A DNA stretch of 45,333 nucleotides from Ghiorsea sp. (GCA_026982535.1 JALSGX010000216.1:1-45333), one strand, 5' to 3'. Counted from the stretch's first letter, positions 10,196-20,996 are shown. Notes: generated from the sequence alone by a model not told the origin. Translations and numbers: made by a program.

Positions 10196-10588
10196 TTACT
10201 TGTCTTTATGCGCTTTCTTTTCCTGTGGAGCAGGGCTTTCCTGTAAACCAGCAATGGTATCTTGCTTAACTTTTATCGCCACACCATCAGCAATTTCAAC
10301 GGTTGCAACATTATCCTTCACATGGGTAATACGACCATAAACACCACCACCTGTAATCACCTTGTCTCCTTTTTTTAGAGCCTTAATCATTTCAGCATGT
10401 TCTTTCATGCGCTTTTGTTGTGGGCGAATCAACAGTACCCAAAAAATGACCATAATGAGAATCAAGGGAATCAATGAGGCAAAACCACCAGGGTCTCCTC
10501 CCTCAGCCCATACAATATTAGCGGGCAATAACGCCAGTGATAACATCAAAGTTATGTTAGTGATGATATGTTTTATTGAAGTTTTCAT
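10196..10588 (-). CDS. yajC: Preprotein translocase subunit YajC
   Basis: LLIRPQQKRMKEH, LKKGDKVITGGGVYG; lies between tgt and secD. Confidence 0.95.
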   Translation of the reverse strand: MKTSIKHIITNITLMLSLALLPANIVWAEGGDPGGFASLIPLILIMVIFWVLLIRPQQKRMKEHAEMIKALKKGDKVITGGGVYGRITHVKDNVATVEIADGVAIKVKQDTIAGLQESPAPQEKKAHKDK

Positions 10589-10617
10589 TTATTCTATCCT
10601 CATATGCCTATTTTTTA

Positions 10618-11742
10618 TTACAAACTGTTGCGATAAGTTGCCAGAAACCCATCACGAAATTCTGACCAGCACCCCTCTTCCAAAGCACCTCTAGCCCTTT
10701 GCATCAAATCACAATAATAATGAAGGTTGTGCAAAGTGTTCAAGCGTGAACTTAAAAGCTCTTTTGCCATAAAGAGGTGGCGAAGATACGCTCTAGAAAA
10801 GTTTTTGCATGTATAACATGTGCAACCGTCCATAATTGGCGCATCATCGGTTTGATGTTTGAGATTTTTGATGTTGATTTTTCCTTGATCTGTAAACAAT
10901 GTGCCATTGCGTGCATTGCGGCTGGGCATCACACAATCAAACATATCCATGCCCCTGTCAATGCCTTCAATTAGGTCATCGGGCGTGCCTACCCCCATCA
11001 CATAATGCGGTTTATCTTCGGGTAGAAGTGGCGCAAGCACATCCAACATTGCCATCATTTCTTCTTTGGGCTCGCCCACCGACAAGCCACCAATGGCAAT
11101 GCCTTCAAAATCAATCTCGGCAATGGCATGTAAACTTTCACGGCGCAAATCGGGATACATCCCTCCTTGCACAATACCAAATAAAGCTTGGGTATCGTTC
11201 ACAGGCAGGTGGTCGCGGCAATCTTTTGCCCAGCGCATCGACATTTCCATGGATGCACGCGCTTCATCATAGGTGGCTGGATATGGTGTACACTCATCAA
11301 ATGCCATCACAATATCACTGCCCAATTTGCGTTGGATTTCCATGCTTTCTTTAGGACCCAAAAACCATTTCGAGCCATCGATATGCGATTGAAAGCGTAC
11401 ACCTTCAGGTTCAATCTTGCGCAAGTCACCCAGCGACCACACTTGAAAGCCACCAGAGTCCGTCAAAATCGGTCTATCCCAAGCCATAAACTGATGCAAT
11501 CCACCCATCTTTTCCACAATATCAGCACCTGGGCGTAACATCAGGTGGTAGGTGTTGCCAAGAATAATCTCTGCACCAATATCATCGGTTAAATCGGCTG
11601 GTGTTAAGCTTTTGACCGTGGCTTGCGTGCCTACTGGCATAAACACAGGTGTCTGCACTTTACCATGTGACAAGGTGATTTCACCACGGCGGGCAAAGCC
11701 CTGCTCATCTTTGGCGATGATTTTGAAAGAAAGTGCAGACAC
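10618..11742 (-). CDS. tgt: tRNA-guanine(34) transglycosylase
   Basis: [40 protein letters not shown], Zn site C.C..C...H. Confidence 0.97.
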   Translation of the reverse strand: MSALSFKIIAKDEQGFARRGEITLSHGKVQTPVFMPVGTQATVKSLTPADLTDDIGAEIILGNTYHLMLRPGADIVEKMGGLHQFMAWDRPILTDSGGFQVWSLGDLRKIEPEGVRFQSHIDGSKWFLGPKESMEIQRKLGSDIVMAFDECTPYPATYDEARASMEMSMRWAKDCRDHLPVNDTQALFGIVQGGMYPDLRRESLHAIAEIDFEGIAIGGLSVGEPKEEMMAMLDVLAPLLPEDKPHYVMGVGTPDDLIEGIDRGMDMFDCVMPSRNARNGTLFTDQGKINIKNLKHQTDDAPIMDGCTCYTCKNFSRAYLRHLFMAKELLSSRLNTLHNLHYYCDLMQRARGALEEGCWSEFRDGFLATYRNSL

Positions 11743-11754
11743 CTAAAATATCAA

Positions 11755-13623
11755 CTATGAAACAAGCAATGCATTGATTTTACGCACGAATCCTGCGGGG
11801 TCTTCAGGCAATGCGCCCTCAGCGAGTACGGCTTGGTCAAATAAAATGTCTGAATAGTCTGCGATTTTGTCTTTGGAGCGCATTTTCGCCAGGCGTTTGA
11901 CCAAGTCATGCTCAGGGTTAATTTCCAAAATCGGTTTCACCACTGGCACATCTTGCCCTGCTTGTTTCAAAATGCGTTCCATATTGCCTGAAATATCAAA
12001 CTCATCCGAAACCAAACATGCAGGTGAAGAAGTTAAGCGATCGGTCGTGCGTACATCTTTCACTTTATCTCCCAAAGCCTCTTTCAGCTTCTTAATCGCA
12101 GGCTCTGCGGACTTCACAGCCTCTTCATGCGCTTTCTTTTCTTCCTCGGCATCTTCACCAATGCCTGATAAGTCCAGCTCGCCTTTGGCAATGGATTTAA
12201 GCTCTTTGCCATCGAACTTGTCCAAATGCCCTACCAACCACTCATCAATGCGGTCGTGCATCAACAACACTTCAATACCTTTTTTGCGGAATATCTCTAA
12301 ATGTGGGCTATTTTTCGCCGCAGCAAGGTTATCCGCTGTGATATAATAGATGGTGTCCTGCCCTTCTTTCATGCGCGCAATGTATTGATTCAAAGTAACC
12401 GCTTGCTCATCTGATTCGGTGCTAGAGAAACGCAACAATGCTGCAATAGCTTCCTTGTTTTTCGCATCTTCAATCACACCTTCTTTCAAGCAGTTGCCAA
12501 ACTCAGCATAAAACTCAGCATATTTATCTTCTTCTTTATTTGCCAAATCCTTAAGCCATGAAAGCACGCGTTTGGTTGCGCCTTTTTTCATCGCAGTCAT
12601 GGCTGGGCTATGTTGTAAAATTTCCCGCGATACATTCAGTGGCAAGTCAGATGAATCCATCACTCCTCGCACAAAACGCAAGTATCGTGGCAACAAATCT
12701 TCCGTTGCTTCCATAATAAACACGCGTTTAACATAGAGTTTAACCCCATGCTTGGCATCCGAGTGCCATAAATCAAAGGGCGCTCGTTTGGGAATGTAAA
12801 ACAACAAAGTATATTCATATTGCCCTTCAAGGCGCTGGTGCATATATGCCAGAGGGTCTTCAAAATCATGAGCTACATGTTTATAGAAGTTATGATAATC
12901 TTCTTCTTTGAGTTCAGACTTGGGTTTTGCCCATAATGCTGAAGCTTGATTGACGGTTTCAACTTCAGGATCTTTGCCTTCTTCAGCAGGTTTATACATG
13001 CGAATAGGAAATGGAATATGGTCAGCATACTTACTGATGACAGAGCGCAATTTCCAATCATTCAAAAACTCTTCAGCATCATCACGCAAGTGCAGGACAA
13101 TTTCAGTCCCTCGTTTTTCCTTGGTCACTGTTTCAATGGTAAACTCGCCATCACCTGCCGACTCCCAACGCACACCATGCTCAGGCGTTGTGCCTGCACG
13201 GCGGGTGGTTAAGGTTACTTTATCAGCAACAAGGAATGATGAGTAAAAACCTACGCCAAATTGACCAATCAAATGCGCATCTTTTTCTTGGTCACCAGAG
13301 AGCTGGCTAAAAAACTCTTTGGTGCCTGAACGCGCAATAGTACCAATGTTTTCAATGACTTCTTCATGGTTCATGCCAATGCCATTGTCTCGAATGGTGA
13401 TGGTTTTGGCATCTTTATCAAATTCAACAAACACATGTAAATCCGAATCCCCTTCAAACAAGGCATCATCGGTTGTGGCTTCAAAACGCAGCTTATCAGC
13501 GGCATCGGACGCATTGGAAATAAGCTCACGCAAAAAGATTTCCTTATTGGAATAAAGGGAATGAATCATCAAATCAAGAAGCTGCTTCACTTCAGTTTGG
13601 AAATTCATGGTTTCTTTCGACAT
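11755..13623 (-). CDS. htpG: Hsp90 chaperone HtpG
   Basis: [51 protein letters not shown]. Confidence 0.98.
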   Translation of the reverse strand: MSKETMNFQTEVKQLLDLMIHSLYSNKEIFLRELISNASDAADKLRFEATTDDALFEGDSDLHVFVEFDKDAKTITIRDNGIGMNHEEVIENIGTIARSGTKEFFSQLSGDQEKDAHLIGQFGVGFYSSFLVADKVTLTTRRAGTTPEHGVRWESAGDGEFTIETVTKEKRGTEIVLHLRDDAEEFLNDWKLRSVISKYADHIPFPIRMYKPAEEGKDPEVETVNQASALWAKPKSELKEEDYHNFYKHVAHDFEDPLAYMHQRLEGQYEYTLLFYIPKRAPFDLWHSDAKHGVKLYVKRVFIMEATEDLLPRYLRFVRGVMDSSDLPLNVSREILQHSPAMTAMKKGATKRVLSWLKDLANKEEDKYAEFYAEFGNCLKEGVIEDAKNKEAIAALLRFSSTESDEQAVTLNQYIARMKEGQDTIYYITADNLAAAKNSPHLEIFRKKGIEVLLMHDRIDEWLVGHLDKFDGKELKSIAKGELDLSGIGEDAEEEKKAHEEAVKSAEPAIKKLKEALGDKVKDVRTTDRLTSSPACLVSDEFDISGNMERILKQAGQDVPVVKPILEINPEHDLVKRLAKMRSKDKIADYSDILFDQAVLAEGALPEDPAGFVRKINALLVS

Positions 13624-13653
13624 GCTTACCTCACTTTTCGTATTGATACTTCT

Positions 13654-13682
13654 AGATAGTGCTACTTTATCAATAATTCAAG
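13654..13682 (-). promoter_or_regulatory. Candidate sigma-32 (RpoH) heat-shock promoter of htpG
   Basis: Minus strand CTTGAA-N15-CACTATCT, then GAGG SD and ATG; resembles the CTTGAA / C(C/T)ATnT RpoH consensus. Confidence 0.55.
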
Positions 13683-13698
13683 CCCATACACCAAGGCT

Positions 13699-13884
13699 TT
13701 AATGTCTAACCCACCAAACAACCATCCAACCAATCGCTAATGCAGTAATTCCCATAAAACGCACGGATGAAATGGGCATATCTGGTAACTTTTTAAGTAT
13801 ATTGATCATGGCTTGTGGAAAGAGGGCATACAACACGCCCTCCAACACCAAAACCAAACCTATTGCTGCCCACAAATCATCCAT
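13699..13884 (-). CDS. DUF2065 (YjeT-like) small membrane protein
   Basis: AIGLVLVLEGVLYALFP...RFMG; conserved position after hflC. Confidence 0.85.
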   Translation of the reverse strand: MDDLWAAIGLVLVLEGVLYALFPQAMINILKKLPDMPISSVRFMGITALAIGWMVVWWVRH

Positions 13885-13895
13885 GAAATACGACT

Positions 13896-14765
13896 TTATT
13901 TCGATTGCTCAAAAAATTGAAAAAATTCTGAGCTGGGCGACAAAACCACACGACTTTGGTTTGCCATAGCTTTTTTATATGCTTCTAAAGAGCGTGTAAA
14001 CGCGTAAAATTGCGGATCTTTTTCATAAGTTGCAGCGTAAATCTTGGTTGCTTTCGCATCCGCATTACCCTTAATAATCTCCGACTGCTTATAAGCATCG
14101 GCAAGCAAGAACTTGCTTTCCTTATCCGCTGTCGCGCGAATTTCTTTAGCGGCTTCTTCACCCTCCGAGCGATACTGCTTGGCAATCCGTTGCCGTTCTG
14201 CCTTCATCCTGCGAAACACAGAATCTGAGTTTTCTTCAGGTAAATCAGCCCGTTTAATGCGTACATCCACAACGCGAACACCCAAACTAGCAACTTCCTT
14301 ATCTGCCAAAACCCGAATTTCAGACATCAAGGCAGCCCGTGTATTGTTTTCACCACCTGTTACAATTTCATGCAGTGTATGTTTACCCAATACCTCACGC
14401 ACCTTAGCGCCAACCACATCTTGCATACGCGACTCCACACGATCACGCGTTTTTGCCACCTGATACACTTTAAGTGGATCAACAATTTTCCAGCGGGTAA
14501 AACTATCAACTAGGATTTTTTTCTTATCCTTAGTAATCACTTCGTTTGGCAGGTCATCGCTGGCAAGTAGCCGCTTATCAAATACGACCGTATTTTGCCA
14601 AGGCAACTTCCAATGTAGACCAGGCTCAGTGATAGGCTCTTTCACGATGTTGCCAAATTGCATCACCAGCACTTGATCCCGTTGATCCACAATAAACGCA
14701 CTACGACTAACAAAAATAAATACTGCTGCGATAATCAAGCCTGTTAGTAACTGCTTGCCACTCAT
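13896..14765 (-). CDS. hflC: FtsH modulator HflC
   Basis: SPFH domain; EPGLHWKLP, DVRIKRADLP, RMKAERQR.A...RSEG, FY.F.RSLEAY. Confidence 0.95.
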   Translation of the reverse strand: MSGKQLLTGLIIAAVFIFVSRSAFIVDQRDQVLVMQFGNIVKEPITEPGLHWKLPWQNTVVFDKRLLASDDLPNEVITKDKKKILVDSFTRWKIVDPLKVYQVAKTRDRVESRMQDVVGAKVREVLGKHTLHEIVTGGENNTRAALMSEIRVLADKEVASLGVRVVDVRIKRADLPEENSDSVFRRMKAERQRIAKQYRSEGEEAAKEIRATADKESKFLLADAYKQSEIIKGNADAKATKIYAATYEKDPQFYAFTRSLEAYKKAMANQSRVVLSPSSEFFQFFEQSK

Positions 14766-15868
14766 TATTTCACCTCCACTTTGCCAGCACTATTCAATGG
14801 TAGATAGGGCAATACTTGATCCGCAATTTTTGCGTCAACAATAACCTTATCAGCACCAGCCAACACTTCTTCCATCGTTTCAAGATATAGCCGCTTTCGG
14901 GTGACTTCAGGTGCTTTTTTATACTCCTGAAGCAAACTATTAAAGCGATCTGCTTCACCAATAGCTCTGTCTTCCACCTCTCTGGCATAAGCCTCTGCTT
15001 CTAGGATTTTCTTCTTGGCTTCACCACGCGCATTCGGAATAATCGAGTTGGCATAGGCTTCGGCTTCATTTTTCGCCCGCTCTTTATCTTCCCTAGCACT
15101 TGCCACATCTTTAAACTCTTTACTCACCCGCTCTGGTGGCTGCACATCTTTCAGTGTCACCGTAGTAATTCGAATACCTGCATCATAAGTGTCAAGAATT
15201 TGTTGGATACCCTCACGGGTTTTCGCTTCAACTTCTGCTTTCTTATCCGTCATCACATCATCAATCAGCGTGCTACCAATCACTTCACGAATCGAGCTTT
15301 CAGCAGCATCGCGCACAGTTTGTACGGCTTGTGTTGCATCAATTTGGAACAAATATTTCTCAATATCAGAAATTCTATATTGCACGACAAAGGAAATATC
15401 CACGATGTTTTCATCCTTGGTTAGCATCAATGATTCTTGTGGCATTTTCCGCACTCGACCATCCGCAAAAGACCTAAACCCAATGGTTAAACGCTGAACT
15501 GCCAAGGTTGGTATTTTCTCAACTGTCTCAATGGGGTATGGCAAGTGCCAATTCAAGCCAGGGCTTTTCGTGTCTGAATGTTGACCAAAGCGGAGAACAA
15601 CAGCCTCTTCATCGGCTGCCACGATATAAAAACCAGATGCAAGCCAAGCCACAAAAGCAAGACCTATCACCGTCATCAAAAAACCTCTACTGACCTCTGG
15701 CGAACCTCCATTAGACCCCCCCTGATTACCACCGCCAAAAAAACCACCAAAACGATCATTTAAGTCCTTCAACATTTTATCCAAATCAGGAGGGGTTTGC
15801 TTATTACCACCTCCTGAGCCACTGGGTTTACCCCAAGGGTTGTTATTTTGATCCTGATTCCAAGGCAT
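14765..15868 (-). CDS. hflK: FtsH modulator HflK
   Basis: MPWN...PWG...PPDLD N-terminus, PGLNWHLPYPIE, MLTKDENIVDI, APEVTRKRLYLETMEEVL; SD AGGAG favours the 15868 start. Confidence 0.95.
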   Translation of the reverse strand: MPWNQDQNNNPWGKPSGSGGGNKQTPPDLDKMLKDLNDRFGGFFGGGNQGGSNGGSPEVSRGFLMTVIGLAFVAWLASGFYIVAADEEAVVLRFGQHSDTKSPGLNWHLPYPIETVEKIPTLAVQRLTIGFRSFADGRVRKMPQESLMLTKDENIVDISFVVQYRISDIEKYLFQIDATQAVQTVRDAAESSIREVIGSTLIDDVMTDKKAEVEAKTREGIQQILDTYDAGIRITTVTLKDVQPPERVSKEFKDVASAREDKERAKNEAEAYANSIIPNARGEAKKKILEAEAYAREVEDRAIGEADRFNSLLQEYKKAPEVTRKRLYLETMEEVLAGADKVIVDAKIADQVLPYLPLNSAGKVEVK

Positions 15869-15945
15869 ACGTGTATCTCCTATCAACTCGGTAACGCAAT
15901 ATGGGCGCAGTGTAGCTTGCTTATTTATGATTGCATCAATCGGTT

Positions 15946-16683
15946 TTATTTACTTATTTTAGGCAATGTCATAATCCAGTGCGCAAGAGACTCTATTTGT
16001 TTGTCACTTAATGGACCCCCTTGGCTTTGCGCAAAGCCAGGCATCTGAGGTTTACCCACGCCTTCCCCAATGAGTGTGACCAAAGCCTCCTGAGATGAAA
16101 AACCTAACAACTGTGGTGCATAAGCACCCTGACCTGCATCTCCATGACACATAGCACAGCCAACAGCATAAAGCTTCGCTGGTTCAGCAATATCCACAAG
16201 TGGCTCAAAATGACAAGACGCACACAACCCATCAAAAATACCCTGAATATCTCCTTGTTTAGGATGTGGATTCTCCACAACATTAAAAGTAAGTATCGCA
16301 GATGCTTGGTGCCCCAAAGAGTCGGTTACAAACACTGACTTTTTGATACCTTCTTGTTTGGCTGTGGTATCCACAGAAACCTTGAGTTGTGTAAAGCCAC
16401 CAGCAGGGATGATATAGCTATCAGGCGTAGCAGCAGTGCAACCACAAGAGACCTGAATATCAACAAGTTCTACTGCTTGTGCACCATTATTACGGATAAG
16501 AAACACTACAATGGCAGCTTCTCCTTCTTGAATATCACCCAGCGCATACACTTCTGGCTGAATATGCAAGGCAGGCAATGCTTGTTTAGCGTCATCAGTG
16601 GGCTTATCCAGCTTAGGCTCCGTGTTTGCGCTGCAACCTCCTAAAAGCAGGGTTATCCATAAGAGGGTGGTAAACTTAACCAT
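15946..16683 (-). CDS. Lipoprotein with DUF1573-like Ig domain fused to a diheme c-type cytochrome
   Basis: Lipobox LLLGGC; F.I.N.G...L....SCGCT......IPAG....L.V (DUF1573-like); two CxxCH (CASCH, CAMCH); MPGF..SQGGPLSD.QI..L..WI cytochrome c C-terminus. Confidence 0.75.
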   Translation of the reverse strand: MVKFTTLLWITLLLGGCSANTEPKLDKPTDDAKQALPALHIQPEVYALGDIQEGEAAIVVFLIRNNGAQAVELVDIQVSCGCTAATPDSYIIPAGGFTQLKVSVDTTAKQEGIKKSVFVTDSLGHQASAILTFNVVENPHPKQGDIQGIFDGLCASCHFEPLVDIAEPAKLYAVGCAMCHGDAGQGAYAPQLLGFSSQEALVTLIGEGVGKPQMPGFAQSQGGPLSDKQIESLAHWIMTLPKISK

Positions 16684-16919
16684 GGTTGTAACTCCTGAGG
16701 TATGGGATGTGTTCCAGCTTGCATAGCCATGAGGACAGGAACCTCATAACTTAATAGCTCTTCAATACTGACCAATAATGTTTCATCACCTGTATGGATA
16801 GCATCTTGTAGTGGCGACAACCAAGCTGCCAGCTCCAATGTACCTTGGCGGCTTATACGGTATTGAAGGCAGCGAATTCTCTCACTTCTTGAAAGCATAT
16901 CATGACACATACCAAGCAA
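16653..16919 (-). CDS. SdhE/Sdh5 (flavinylation factor)-like small protein, degenerate motif
   Basis: RCLQYRISRQGTLELAAWL resembles the SdhE RRGMLELD motif; size fits; true start probably 16909-16898 region (uncertain). Confidence 0.55.
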   Translation of the reverse strand: MLGMCHDMLSRSERIRCLQYRISRQGTLELAAWLSPLQDAIHTGDETLLVSIEELLSYEVPVLMAMQAGTHPIPQELQPWLSLPPSYG

Positions 16920-16991
16920 TCATGCAAAACCAACAGGTATAAAGCAAACGATATGGCAACTCTACATCACTACACCAGCTACTTTTATATG

Positions 16992-19900
16992 TTACATCAA
17001 GACCCGTTCAATACCACCATCTTTAATGCGCTCTACAAACACCTTCTGCCAATCATCACCATGCAGTTGTTTGGCAAGCTCAACCACAATATAATCAGCT
17101 TCCACACCTGAGACCTCTTCAAGCCTGGACAACCCTTGCAAACAAGCAGGACAAGAGGTTAAAAGTTTTTGCGGATCATCGCCCATCTCTTTCAGCTTTT
17201 TACTGGCTTCAATCATCTTCTCTTCTTTGCGTGCACGGATTTTACCTGATATTTCAGGGTGAGCTGCTGCCAAAGTGCCTGCTTCAGCACAGCATTCTTC
17301 GGATTCCACAGACTTTTTATTCAGCAAGGATTCAATCACCACTTCAGAACCATGCCGCTTAAGTGGATTATGGCATGGTTCATGGTACATATATTGCACC
17401 CCTTGCACATTATCCACGCTCACATTTTGCATCATCAAGTATTCATGAATATCAATCAATGGCGCATCAGGAAACACTTCTTCCAAATGATATTGGGTTA
17501 ACTGATCGTAACATGTACCACACGACACAATAACCGCCTCAAACTCAAGATGTGATAACGCAGACTTAAGCTTATGAAATAACACACGGTTATCATATGT
17601 CATCCTATCGCCTTGCTCACGGTCACCCGATGCTGTACTTGGATAACCACAGCAAAGATAAGATGGTGGAAGCACAACATGCACGCCCAAATCAAACAGC
17701 ATGGCCTGTGTTGCCATACCCACTTGTGAAAACAACCGCTCTGAACCACACCCAGGAAAGTAAAATACTGCCCTGCCGTTGGCTTTTTTCGGATCTCTCA
17801 GAATCGGAATCATATTTTTGTCTCGTGATTCAATGCCCAAAATCTGACGAGATGTTTTCAGTGGCAAGGTAGGCAATGGACGCTCTACAAAGTTAATTAC
17901 TTGTGCTTGAATACCATCCAAATTACGCGTTGCCGCAGGTTTATCTTTAATCACACCCATCAGTTTCGCTGCTTTATGCAACCATTGATGCCCCTTATAA
18001 CTCCAACGAATACCCACTTCACGCACAATTTTGACCAAATCAGGGTTTTGAATCACTAGGAACATCAAGGACAACTTGGAAACAATATTGAACCGCGCTT
18101 GTCCTTTGTGTTTAAGAAGCGCACGCATTTTTTCAGTGACCGCACCAAAATCAATATTCACAGGGCATGGTGCTTCACACTTATGGCAAATCGTGCAGTG
18201 ATTGGCAACATCATGTAATCCTTCAAACTGCTCAAAGGAAATACCTGCGCCAGTTTGTGATTCATAAAGAAAGGCTTCGATGATTGCGCCTGATGCCTGA
18301 ATCTTATTGCGTGGAGAATATAACATATTGGCGCGCGGGAAATGCGTGTTACACACAGGTTTACACTTACCACAACGCAAACATGGTGAAATTTCTTCAG
18401 AAAGCTCTGTTAAATCAGCAGCTTCCATAATCACTGATTCATGCTCCAACAAATTAAAGCTTGGTGTATAGGTTAAGCTCAAATCCAAATTGGGTTGCAA
18501 TTTTCCACGATTAAACAAATCTGTTGGATCCGCTTCTTGAAGGTAACTAGCTGTTTCTTCAAGCACATCAGGGTTCATGTAAGGCAGCTTGGTAATGCCA
18601 ATACCATGTTCACCTGAAATCACACCACCAAGCTCCTCTGCCTTTTTCATCACTTTTTCAACCACATGATGTGCCTTGCGCATCATCATATAATCATTGG
18701 AATTAACAGGGATATTGGTATGCACATTGCCATCACCCGCATGCATATGGGTGGCAATCACTATGCGACCTGATAAAACGCGTTGATGAATATCTTGGAC
18801 ACGAGAGATGAGCGCTTCATTGCCTCGTAAGCGTTCCAGCAGTGGAACTTCCACCTCTTTGCGGTATGAAATGCGCAAGTCTCCACGCTGAATAAGCGCA
18901 AACAATGAGTCAGACTCATCAAAATCCATGTTTTCCACAAAATACTGTGCCGATAACTGCGCTGGTTCATGCAACGACTTCAGAAAATGACGCCACCTTT
19001 GTCGTGCTGTGTTTACTACAATTAAACATGCGTCCAACTTTTCACCCAAATACACATCATCTTCAAGCTTGAGTTCTTGGCGAACAAGCTGGTCTTCAGA
19101 ATCTAACAAGCCTTTGGTTTCCTCAAAATATGCGCTTAAGGCATCCAGCATATCCAGCTTGTTGGCAATAGAGTTTTCAATATTCAGCAACTCAATATAG
19201 TCGTTATACTCAGATAACCGAGGCAAGGGAATCACCACATCTTCATTCATTTTGAATGCGCGCGTATGTTTTGCAATGGCGGCCATGCGCCCTCTATCAC
19301 CCCAAAACCGTCCTCTATCTTCCTTGGAAATCGCAACAAAACCTTCACCATTCCCATCAGATGCAAACTTGCAAATATCTGAACAAGCCTGAGCAACCGC
19401 TTTTTCATCATCACCTGAAACATCAATCAACAGCACCACGCGTGGTCGCTCTCTGCGTGTTGATTTGCTCACATAATTAATGGCTTTGACATACTTTTCA
19501 TCAAAGTGCTCAAAGCCTTCCAAATAAACACCATCCATGGCATCAACATGGTTTTTAATATTCACCAAAGCTTGGGTTGCATCATCAAGCTTTTGCCCGA
19601 AAAATTCACAACATACCGTGCGTGTCACATCAAAAGCACAGTGCAGAACAAAAGTTGCCTCAGTAATAAAACCATCCGTACCTTCTTTTTGGATGCCCGG
19701 CAAACCACCTAGGGCTTTGCGTGTCACATCTTTACCTAAACCTGGACGACGAAAAATGCGACCAGGCAAACGCAATGTTTCTTCAGACAAAACATGACCT
19801 GTATCCGAAGATGTTTTGGTTAACTTAAATTGTACCTCCTCCTCATCATGCAGTTTACCCATATTGTGATTGATACGCTCAACCAGCAACCAGTTACCAT

Positions 19901-20810
19901 CAGGCGTAACCATTTTCCAACTTAACAGGTTATCTACACAAGTCCCCCAAATCACAGCATGTTTACCACCAGCATTGGATGCAACATTTCCACCTATGGT
20001 ACACGCCCAAAGGCTAGTTGGATCAGTGGCAAACACATACGGCTTGGATGCTGCCATCACCTTTCCTGTTACAGCGCCTGCGCCTGCAGTAATTGTGGCA
20101 ACCTCACCCTTATCACCAATATGCTGATGCTCCACCTTACCAATGTCATCAAACTTCTCGACATTGATCACCACAGCATCATTGGACAATGGCACAGAAC
20201 CACCACACAAGCCCGTGCCGCCACCGCGCGGAATCACGACAAGCCCCAAAGATTGGATAGCCTTGATCAAACCAGGAATTTCATCAGCAGTGTCAGGTGT
20301 TAACACACAAAAGGGAAGATAAGAGCGCCAATCCGTAGCATCTGTAGCATGGTGACTAAGGGTAAAAGCATCAAAATGAACATTATTTTTATGCGTGTGC
20401 TTCGCAAATACACGCTTGGCTTTACGCCTTCGTTTGTTCTCTTGTTCAAACCAGGTATAAAAATCTTCAAGCATACGCTCTGTAGAACAGGCAACTTTAG
20501 TTGCTCGAGGGTTATTTTTAGCACTTGCCTTAATGCGCAAAATACGCTTTTGATGTTGGTAGCGCAGCTTTCTCAGGCGTTTGGGGTGTTTCAAATAATC
20601 ATTTTTCAGAAAAATATTGCGCTCAATGATCCAAACATCACCCAAAATATCAAACAAAAGTCTGGCAGACTGCCCTGTTTTGCGTTGTGCCCGAAGTACA
20701 TTCAAGTCGTCCCAAATAGCTTCGCCTAAAAAGCGTTTAACAATTTCACGGTCAGAATAAGATGTATAATTATAAGGGATTTCACGGATATGATCACTCA
20801 CAAAAGCCAC
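16992..20810 (-). CDS. Large FAD-binding/Fe-S oxidoreductase (GlcD-GlcF-like fusion, DUF3683/DUF3400 type)
   Basis: REIPYNYTSYSDREIV N-terminus; PRGGGTGLCGG and IGGNVASNAGG (FAD_binding_4); HAGDGNVH and SGEHGIG (FAD-oxidase C); CLRCGKCKPVC and CTICHKCEAPCP 4Fe-4S motifs; CCG motifs. Confidence 0.85.
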   Translation of the reverse strand: MAFVSDHIREIPYNYTSYSDREIVKRFLGEAIWDDLNVLRAQRKTGQSARLLFDILGDVWIIERNIFLKNDYLKHPKRLRKLRYQHQKRILRIKASAKNNPRATKVACSTERMLEDFYTWFEQENKRRRKAKRVFAKHTHKNNVHFDAFTLSHHATDATDWRSYLPFCVLTPDTADEIPGLIKAIQSLGLVVIPRGGGTGLCGGSVPLSNDAVVINVEKFDDIGKVEHQHIGDKGEVATITAGAGAVTGKVMAASKPYVFATDPTSLWACTIGGNVASNAGGKHAVIWGTCVDNLLSWKMVTPDGNWLLVERINHNMGKLHDEEEVQFKLTKTSSDTGHVLSEETLRLPGRIFRRPGLGKDVTRKALGGLPGIQKEGTDGFITEATFVLHCAFDVTRTVCCEFFGQKLDDATQALVNIKNHVDAMDGVYLEGFEHFDEKYVKAINYVSKSTRRERPRVVLLIDVSGDDEKAVAQACSDICKFASDGNGEGFVAISKEDRGRFWGDRGRMAAIAKHTRAFKMNEDVVIPLPRLSEYNDYIELLNIENSIANKLDMLDALSAYFEETKGLLDSEDQLVRQELKLEDDVYLGEKLDACLIVVNTARQRWRHFLKSLHEPAQLSAQYFVENMDFDESDSLFALIQRGDLRISYRKEVEVPLLERLRGNEALISRVQDIHQRVLSGRIVIATHMHAGDGNVHTNIPVNSNDYMMMRKAHHVVEKVMKKAEELGGVISGEHGIGITKLPYMNPDVLEETASYLQEADPTDLFNRGKLQPNLDLSLTYTPSFNLLEHESVIMEAADLTELSEEISPCLRCGKCKPVCNTHFPRANMLYSPRNKIQASGAIIEAFLYESQTGAGISFEQFEGLHDVANHCTICHKCEAPCPVNIDFGAVTEKMRALLKHKGQARFNIVSKLSLMFLVIQNPDLVKIVREVGIRWSYKGHQWLHKAAKLMGVIKDKPAATRNLDGIQAQVINFVERPLPTLPLKTSRQILGIESRDKNMIPILRDPKKANGRAVFYFPGCGSERLFSQVGMATQAMLFDLGVHVVLPPSYLCCGYPSTASGDREQGDRMTYDNRVLFHKLKSALSHLEFEAVIVSCGTCYDQLTQYHLEEVFPDAPLIDIHEYLMMQNVSVDNVQGVQYMYHEPCHNPLKRHGSEVVIESLLNKKSVESEECCAEAGTLAAAHPEISGKIRARKEEKMIEASKKLKEMGDDPQKLLTSCPACLQGLSRLEEVSGVEADYIVVELAKQLHGDDWQKVFVERIKDGGIERVLM

Positions 20811-20996
20811 TCCATAGCTTGCTTATTGGTTCCAACACAAAACAGGTATAACTTATCAAAAAACTGCGCAAGCGTAGCAGCTTTACATGAAAATAAACTA
20901 AATGATTATCAACATGTGTGAATTGCAACTGTCATCATTTGTCACTCATGGTTAGTGTTCGACCATGAACCCATTTCACAGGAGCTTTGAATAATC

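Noticed and set aside
20929-20945. Pho-box-like CTGTCAT...TGTCAC upstream of maeB
   Set aside because: The TGTCA half-sites are 10 bp apart (20930, 20940), not the 11 bp of a Pho box, and no phosphate genes are nearby.
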